DNA from: Lama glama
Lineage: Eukaryota
NCBI GenBank assembly: GCA_028534125.1
Contig: CM052817.1
Span: forward strand, 96,102,001-96,166,000
Length of the DNA: 64,000 nt
Reading direction: 5' to 3'
In this document: one piece after another, positions 57,296 through 64,000 of the stretch
How positions within the stretch are numbered: the stretch's first letter is position 1
How the letters are laid out: the number at the start of each line of letters is the position of its first letter
Made by a program: the position numbers and the translations under genes
Notes under the pieces: model-generated
What the model was told of the DNA's origin: nothing
Database searches by the model: none
The model's input: only the letters and a program-made list of their open reading frames with translations

Positions 57296-60219
57296 TTTAT
57301 ATAACCTTATTCTTATTTAAAATCTCGATGACTTAAAGTAAAATAAAACCAAAATGGCTTGCTTGGTAAGAGGAGGAAGAAACAGCTGCGTGTTTTTTTC
57401 TTCAGTTGAAACATTCAGATATGAATAAAAACTAAGTTCCTTTCCATGACTGAGAGTACATTTTCTGTTCGGGAATGTGCTAAGATCTTTTTTTTTTTTT
57501 TAAGTGTTCAATCATCCTGTGCTCTAGGTATTAGTATCCCTGACACACAGACAAGGAAACCAAAGGTTGAAGGGATGAACTTCTTCAGTATCACACAGGT
57601 GATGACTGGCTCAGTGAGATGCAAACCCAGGTTGGTTTGGAGCCAAAGCCTGTGCTCATGAATTCTACACTCCCTCACCCCGGCGAATTCAGCAGGAAGG
57701 CGGTAACAAGAAGGCCTCCTAGGCAGCTGTACTGTGTTGGGCTGGGAGGGGAGGGTTTATTTGACTTTGTGGAGAACTGCCGTGGAAAGCCCGTTTCATT
57801 CTTGATTGTTTGTCTATGTATTTTCTTGTCTTCTAGAGACCGTTTCTAATGAAGCAGTTAAAAAAATTGCCACAAGCCCAGGGACCTCCCTGAAGACCAC
57901 AAATCTGATGGGTGGTCCAGGACAGCCGGGCTTGGGCTAGCGGGGACTCTAATCCAGGGTTTCCATGAGGTGCGTTGTTGCCTTTATTTCATTATACTTT
58001 GACTCAACCTCTAATGGATTCAGCTTCATAAAGTCAGAAAAAAGAGGGAAGGAAAAGCAATTTATTCATGTTTTCACTGGAGCTCACTGCAGACATGAAA
58101 TTTCTCTAAAAATGCAAATCATTTGGTGCAACACAAGAGAAACTCAGTAGCTAAAGCTCTTAGAGGAAAGCACTTTCCCAGAGCTGATGTTTTTATGCCC
58201 TGTGATTGAATAAATCGATCCATTTATTACAACATCTTCACTTAAGTTTTTATCCCTAGATGACTGTGTCTAAGGGTACTAGAGGACTTTTCTTTATCAC
58301 TCAGAAAATTGATTACACTTGTTAATTTGGCTTTTAATCCTGGATATATCAAAACAAATACCATAAACAGGTGTAGAAGAAATCAATATAGATCTGTTCA
58401 ATATCAGATTGATCAAAGGAGGATTTAGTAAGACTCTAAGATGTAAAATACTGAAGTACAAACAAAGCCCTTCCTTATGTAATACGGCTTTGGACAAGCT
58501 CAGGATCTGAGAGAAACTATTTCTGAAGACAGAAATGGTGCACTTTCGTTGCATTGCATTAAAGCAAAATCCCCAGAAGGCCCACCTATCCAAGGTGTTT
58601 AATGTTAATGTTTGTTTTAAAAAGATTTCTTGTCTTTTGTCCAGCTATTCTTGTTAATTCACTGGGCACCATATCACAGATTTTTTTTTAATGTTACATA
58701 AAGCAAAAATTACAGTTAACAAGTATAAGGTTGGTCATAAAAAATAGATAAAACAACACTCTTAAAAGCTCAGCTATCACAAGGCAAGGTTATCAGCCAT
58801 TCTTTTCAGAGAAGGTGAAGACAATGAGAAATAAAAATTATACACAAAGACTCTTGACATGCTGTTTAGACCAGCTCTGGGCCATTACCACATGTGTTCT
58901 GCAGAACCCAGGTAGCAAAACAATTGCTCAGGGAACACTCTTTTGATTAGACATATTTTTAATTCCCCTTGCATGATAATGAATGAGACAGAGAGTCATG
59001 CTACCTTACTCTTCAACTGACACAAATTTTAAACTGTTTTCCAGTAGTGGGTATAGTTTACGTGCAATATACACTGTGTCTATCCACTTAACCAACCCGT
59101 AATCAGTTGTCATTCATTCAGCAGATATTCACTGAATACCCACTGAGCGAAAAACACATCTGTGGGCTAGGTGCTGGTTGGTAGCAGTGTTCAAATGAGA
59201 CGGATTCAGGAGTACATGGCTGGCGGGGTTGGGGTGGGGTTTTCAGTGGGGGGCTCAATCTATAATCACAGCATGATTCTCTGTATTTGTGCTTGGTCTT
59301 CAGAGAAGAAATGAGAGTTTTACGTACAATTTGCTAAAGCATTAATAGGCGTCTAGGAGGCAGCATAGGGCTTCAAAACAAATACTAAGACATTAACAGA
59401 ATACATATAAATGCACTTAAATGCTTGTCTCAGGAAAAGTAAGCCTGTTGGGTTCTCCATGGTAGGACTGAGTTCTTCAATAGCTTGATCGATGGGTCAG
59501 AATTTGAATCTCTGTGTTGGAGCATGTGCACATAATACACCTGCACATATATTTTGACCTATAGGTAGGTAGAAGTCATTTTTGAAAAACTTCCTGTGAA
59601 TGTAAACTTGAATTTAAGCACAGAATCACCATTTCTTGGTGGTCTTAGGATTATAGACTTTGCTCTTTTGAAAAATAATATATTCATCCCTGTACCCTGC
59701 CTGATGTCTGAGAGAGAGTACACACTTGATGGTTTCTGAACGAACACAGTTTGTACCTTATGATTTACTTTTTAAAATGTGGCATAATAAAGTATTGCTT
59801 GGCATATGGCAGATGGGCAATAAATCCCTGCTGAAAGACATAGTGAATGACCATGTCTGCTCTTAAAAGTTTAGGTGAGAGCACAAAAGGTATATGAAGA
59901 CAAATCTATTGGTTTGAAAAGCCATCTAATTAAGAAAGAATTCTCCAGCAAGATCTATGGACAACTCTTTAATGAGTATATAAGAAATACGCAGTTTTTA
60001 AGAACTGGTTTTCTTCTTGGATATATTATTTGCTCATTTTGAAAGTAAAGCAGAGAAAGTCTAAACTTTTAGTCACAATATCTGAAGTGCTTCAGAGAAG
60101 AAATGGGCTCTTTACGTACAATTGCTTAAGATAATTTAAAAGTTAAGTTTGAAGAACTATTTAGTTAATTTTTCCTTCCTGTCTTCATGAATGAAGGTTT
60201 CAGCTACATAAAGTATCTT

Positions 60220-60388
60220 TTTTTTAAATTGAAGTATAGTTGATTTACAACGTTGTGTTAGTTTCTGGTGTGCAGCACAGTGATTCAGTTATACACACAT
60301 ACATTCTTTTTCATATTCTTTTTCATTATAGGTTATTACAAGTTACTGAATAGTTCCCTGTGCTATGCAGTAGGTCCTTGTTGTTTAT
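60220..60388 (-). mobile_element. Short artiodactyl LINE-1 3' end
   Basis: TTGAAGTATAGTTGATTTACAACGTTGTG..TTCCCTGTGCTATGCAGTAGG; TSD ATA(A/G)AGTATCTT at 60208-60219 and 60389-60400. Confidence 0.85.
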
Positions 60389-61519
60389 ATAGAGTATCTT
60401 AATTTTCATGGATGCAGTCGTTTTAAAGAGCAAAGATGATATCAAGTCGCCTTTCTGCATTTTGGTTATATAATTGTATTGGGCATAGAGTGGAGAAGAG
60501 AGAAAGGAGAGCAGAGTTAAGACATTTTCCTTACTACACAAATAACCTCTTCCTTTCAAGTTAACCTTCTCTGGCTCTCTTGCACTGTGGTTGGGGAAAA
60601 AAGAAAAAGGTACTATATCTGAAAGCTGACAAATATTATATAGGAAAGCACTATATAAATTATGCTTTAATGAATGAGAAGATATTAAAAATGATAATAT
60701 ATATATCAGATGACAAAAATTACTGGAAAAAGACTACTTTTATGGCTAACCCCATGAGAGTGAAGTAAATTGAAGAAAAATATAAAATAGGTTTTTCAGT
60801 GATAAGACCGCATCAAATTTATAAGTATATAAAAACATATAATTGTATAAATATTGACTATATAAGCAATATAAATATAAGTGAATATAATATAAACATA
60901 TTAATAGATGTACAATATAAATACAAAGTACTTTAAAATTTTTTCTTCATCATTCTTGCCATTTTCACCTGAACTAAGAAACTGGGAGTAAAAAACCCAA
61001 ATACTCCATGTAGTTTAAAGTTGTGTGGATTTGCTCCAGCATCTTACAGCATTTCATCCCAATTGGGATGCCAAGTCAATTACATGTCAACTTGAATAGA
61101 GTCCCTCATATCTATACACCTAAACCACCTATTTAAAAAATTTCCCTGACAGAGCCTTGCCCTGATACCTGGGTTATCTCTCACTCACCTGACCTGTTTT
61201 CTTATTTAAACACTGGTACATAATGGCGTTTTTCTCTTTGATACCTGTTGTCTTGCCCAGGTTGAATGATACTTTTCATTAAGATGGTGTACAAACAACT
61301 TCTCTGGAATGACATTAAAGAGAAGTGATATGCTTCATGCATATATCACCAATGACTCCATGAACTACTTTTTCTGAACTATAGTATATAAACTCAGTGT
61401 AGTAAAGAAGTTCCAGCTTTAGAAAGTGAAATAAATAGAATATTCTCATGGCATTGACATTATTACAGAGGAAGAACTTCATTAAATCCTTTTTGAAGGA
61501 TTAAAAAAAAAATAGGCCT

Positions 61520-61874
61520 TGCTATAGACTCAATGTTTGTGCTCCCCCACCCCCTGCCCAAATTCACATGTTAAATCCTAATGCCCAGGGTGATGGTATT
61601 TAGAGGCGAGGCCTTTGGGAGGTGATTAGGTCATGAGGGTGGAGCTCTTATGAATGGGATTAGTGTCCCTATAAAAGAAGCCACCAGAGAGTTCCCTCAC
61701 CTCTTCTGTCACATTAGGACATAGTGAAAGGATGGCCTGCTATGAAGACACTGAATCTGCCAATGCCTTTATCTTGGGCCTTCCAGCCTCCAGACTGTGA
61801 GAAATAAATTCCTGTTCTTTACAAGCCACTCAATCTATTGTATTTTTGTCATAGCAATCCAACAGACTAAGACA
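61520..61874 (+). mobile_element. MLT1A-like MaLR solo LTR
   Basis: TGCTATAGACTCAATGTTTGTG..GGCCTTTGGGAGGTGATTAGGTCATGAGGGTGGAGC..CAGACTAAGACA; complete TG..CA element. Confidence 0.88.
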
Positions 61875-61944
61875 GGCTCTAAGAATTCTGTAATTATTCC
61901 CTGCATATCATGTTTTTTAATTTAAGAGTTATTATAATTACTAT

Positions 61945-62265
61945 TTTATTAAAAAATTTTTAAATGTAGTTTACAATGTTGTGTCAATTTCTGGTGCACA
62001 GCATAATGTTTCAGTTATACATGTACATACATATATTCCTTTTCATATTCTTTTGCATTATAGGTCACTATAAGATATTGAATATAGTTCCCTGTGCTAT
62101 ATACAGTATGAACTTGTTGTTTATCTATTTTATATATAGTAGTTAGTATCTGCAAATCCCAAACTCCTAATTTATCCCTTCCCACCCTCTTTCCCCAGTG
62201 TAACCATAAGTTTGTTTTCTATGTCTGTGAGTCTGTTTCTGTTTTGTAAATATGTTCATTTGCAT
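61945..62265 (-). mobile_element. Artiodactyl LINE-1 3' end
   Basis: Same family as 11932-12443 (TTTACAATGTTGTGTCAATTTCTGGTG..TAACCATAAGTTTGTTTTCTATGTCTGTGAGTC). Confidence 0.82.
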
Positions 62266-62569
62266 CTAAAAAGTTAAATTATTTTTTAAAGAGGTGATAC
62301 ATACACATGGTCCTTTTTTTTTTAAGGTTGAACAGTAAAAAATCTGTTTGAAATCCTTGACTGCCAACAACTTACTTCTCTTCCCTAGAGGCAACCACTA
62401 TTACTATTTCTTGAGTATCCCTTTAGAAACACTTCATGTGTATATAAAAGAGTACATATTCACATATAAATACATAATACATATTTATGTCTTATTTATG
62501 TACACATATTTCTGTAATTTAAAAGAAACCATATATATTGGATATCATTCCTTTCTCTCTTTTTTTTTT

Positions 62570-63385
62570 TTTAGAAAAAGAATAGACTTAATTTTTTTAG
62601 AACAGTTTTGAGTTCACAGCAAAACTGAGTAAAAAGCACAGAAAGTTCACATATATCTCTCTCCCCAACCCCATGCACACAGAGCCTCTCCAACTGTGAG
62701 CAGACTCCACTTGGTTCACTCTTGATATTGTACATTCTATGGATTTGGACAAATACATAATGACATGTATCCACTATTACAGTTTCATACAGAATAATCT
62801 CACTGTCTTAAAAATCCCCTGTGCTCTACCTATTCATTCCTCCCTCACCCCCAATCCCTGGCAACCACTGATTTTTCTTTTTCTGTGCCTATAGTTTTGA
62901 CTTTTCCAGAATGTCATAGAGTTGGAATCACACAGCATGCAACCTTTTCAGGTTGGTTTCTTTTACTTCATGTAATATGTATTTAAGTTTCCTCCATGTC
63001 TTTTCATGGTTTGATAACTAATTTTTTTTTGCACTAAGTAATATTTCATTTTCTGGATGTATCAAAGTTTATTCATCCATTCATCTACAGAAGGACACCT
63101 TGGTTGCTTCCAAGTTTTGGCAAATATGAAGAAAGTTGCTGTAATCATCCACATGCAAGTGTCGGTGTGGACATAAGTTTTCAACTCTTTTGAGTAAATA
63201 CAAAAGAGTGTGACTGCTCACTGGTAAGATAAGAGTATGTTTAGTTTTGTAAGAAACTGCCACCCTGTCTTTTAGGCTGCAGCATTTAGCATTTTCAATG
63301 AAAGAGAGTTCCAGTTGCTCCACATCCTCACCAGCACTTGATGTTGTCATGCTCCAGATTCTGGCCATTCTAATTAGTGTGCAGT
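62570..63385 (-). mobile_element. Old LINE-1 3' region (L1MA/L1MC type)
   Basis: CCCTGGCAACCACTGAT..TTCCAGAATGTCATAGAGTTGGAATCA..GTAAGAAACTGCCA..CCACATCCTCACCAGCACTTG. Confidence 0.85.
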
Positions 63386-64000
63386 ACTAGAATGTAGAGA
63401 TGCTTAGTAAATAGTTGAATGAATTAATGTGTTAGTCTATCTGTTGGATCAACACAGAGTTTTGGATCAAAGCTTTGTGCATTTAAAATTTCTATGTTGC
63501 CAAACTACTCTCCCGAGAGGCTGCATTTATCCTTTCACCAGTTTTGCGGGAGATCGTCTATCATCACATGCTCACTAACATACGCATTAACAAACCTGAT
63601 AATCTGATAGATGAGAAACCTTCCTATACTTTAAATTTACATTTTCTTGTTATGTGTAAAGTCCAGCATTTTTTTCACATTAAAATTTACTTTTTGGTAA
63701 ACTCCCTATATCCTTTTTCCATTTAAAAAACTGAGTTATTAGTTTTTTGCCTGATGATTTATAATTTTAAATTTATATTTATAATGTATATTTATATTTA
63801 TAATTTTTTTGTAATAGAGATGAGCTTTCTGTGACATCTGCAGACTCTTTTCCAAGTTCATTTAAAAACTTGAAAAATTTGTGGTGTTTTGTCATACAGA
63901 AATGTTTTGTTTTTATAAAGATACATTTTTGCTTTTTTACTCTTTTGGTTGTAGAGTTGGGTTGGTTGCCCTGTGATCTCAGGTCTCTTATGGGTTCAAA

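Noticed and set aside
53200..64000. Terminal exons of the neighbouring gene TTC29 on the minus strand
   Set aside because: Expected from recalled human synteny, but no ORF here matched TTC29 recognisably; tblastn would decide
1..64000. CRISPR arrays, operons or other prokaryotic systems
   Set aside because: The sequence is mammalian and has no regularly spaced repeat-spacer array

Overview
Mammalian genomic DNA, very probably camelid: six tRNA-Ala(AGC)-derived SINEs resemble the Vic-1 family. The only supportable protein-coding gene is POU4F2 (Brn-3b) on the + strand, with two coding exons (21251-21535 and 22003-22944, 408 aa), a TATA/Inr promoter near 20977-21007 and a 3' UTR running to about 24660. 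It lies in a ~25 kb block with few recognisable transposons, several CpG islands, two REST/RE1-like sites, phased bHLH E-boxes and homeodomain-motif clusters. Both flanks are rich in repeats (L1, L2, MIR, MLT/ERV LTRs, MER5/MER20/Tigger). There are two 500-N scaffold gaps. No clearly new biological system is demonstrable. The most unusual candidates are: (i) the 3' part of the POU4F2 intron is open in frame with exon 2, has its own ATG and an in-phase cryptic acceptor, and would encode a long hydrophobic poly-Leu segment; (ii) a tailless 5S rRNA retropseudogene; (iii) a composite retro-insertion bounded by an 18-bp TSD; (iv) an unexplained bipartite direct repeat at 59298/60090. Repeat family names come from recalled consensus sequences and their boundaries are approximate.
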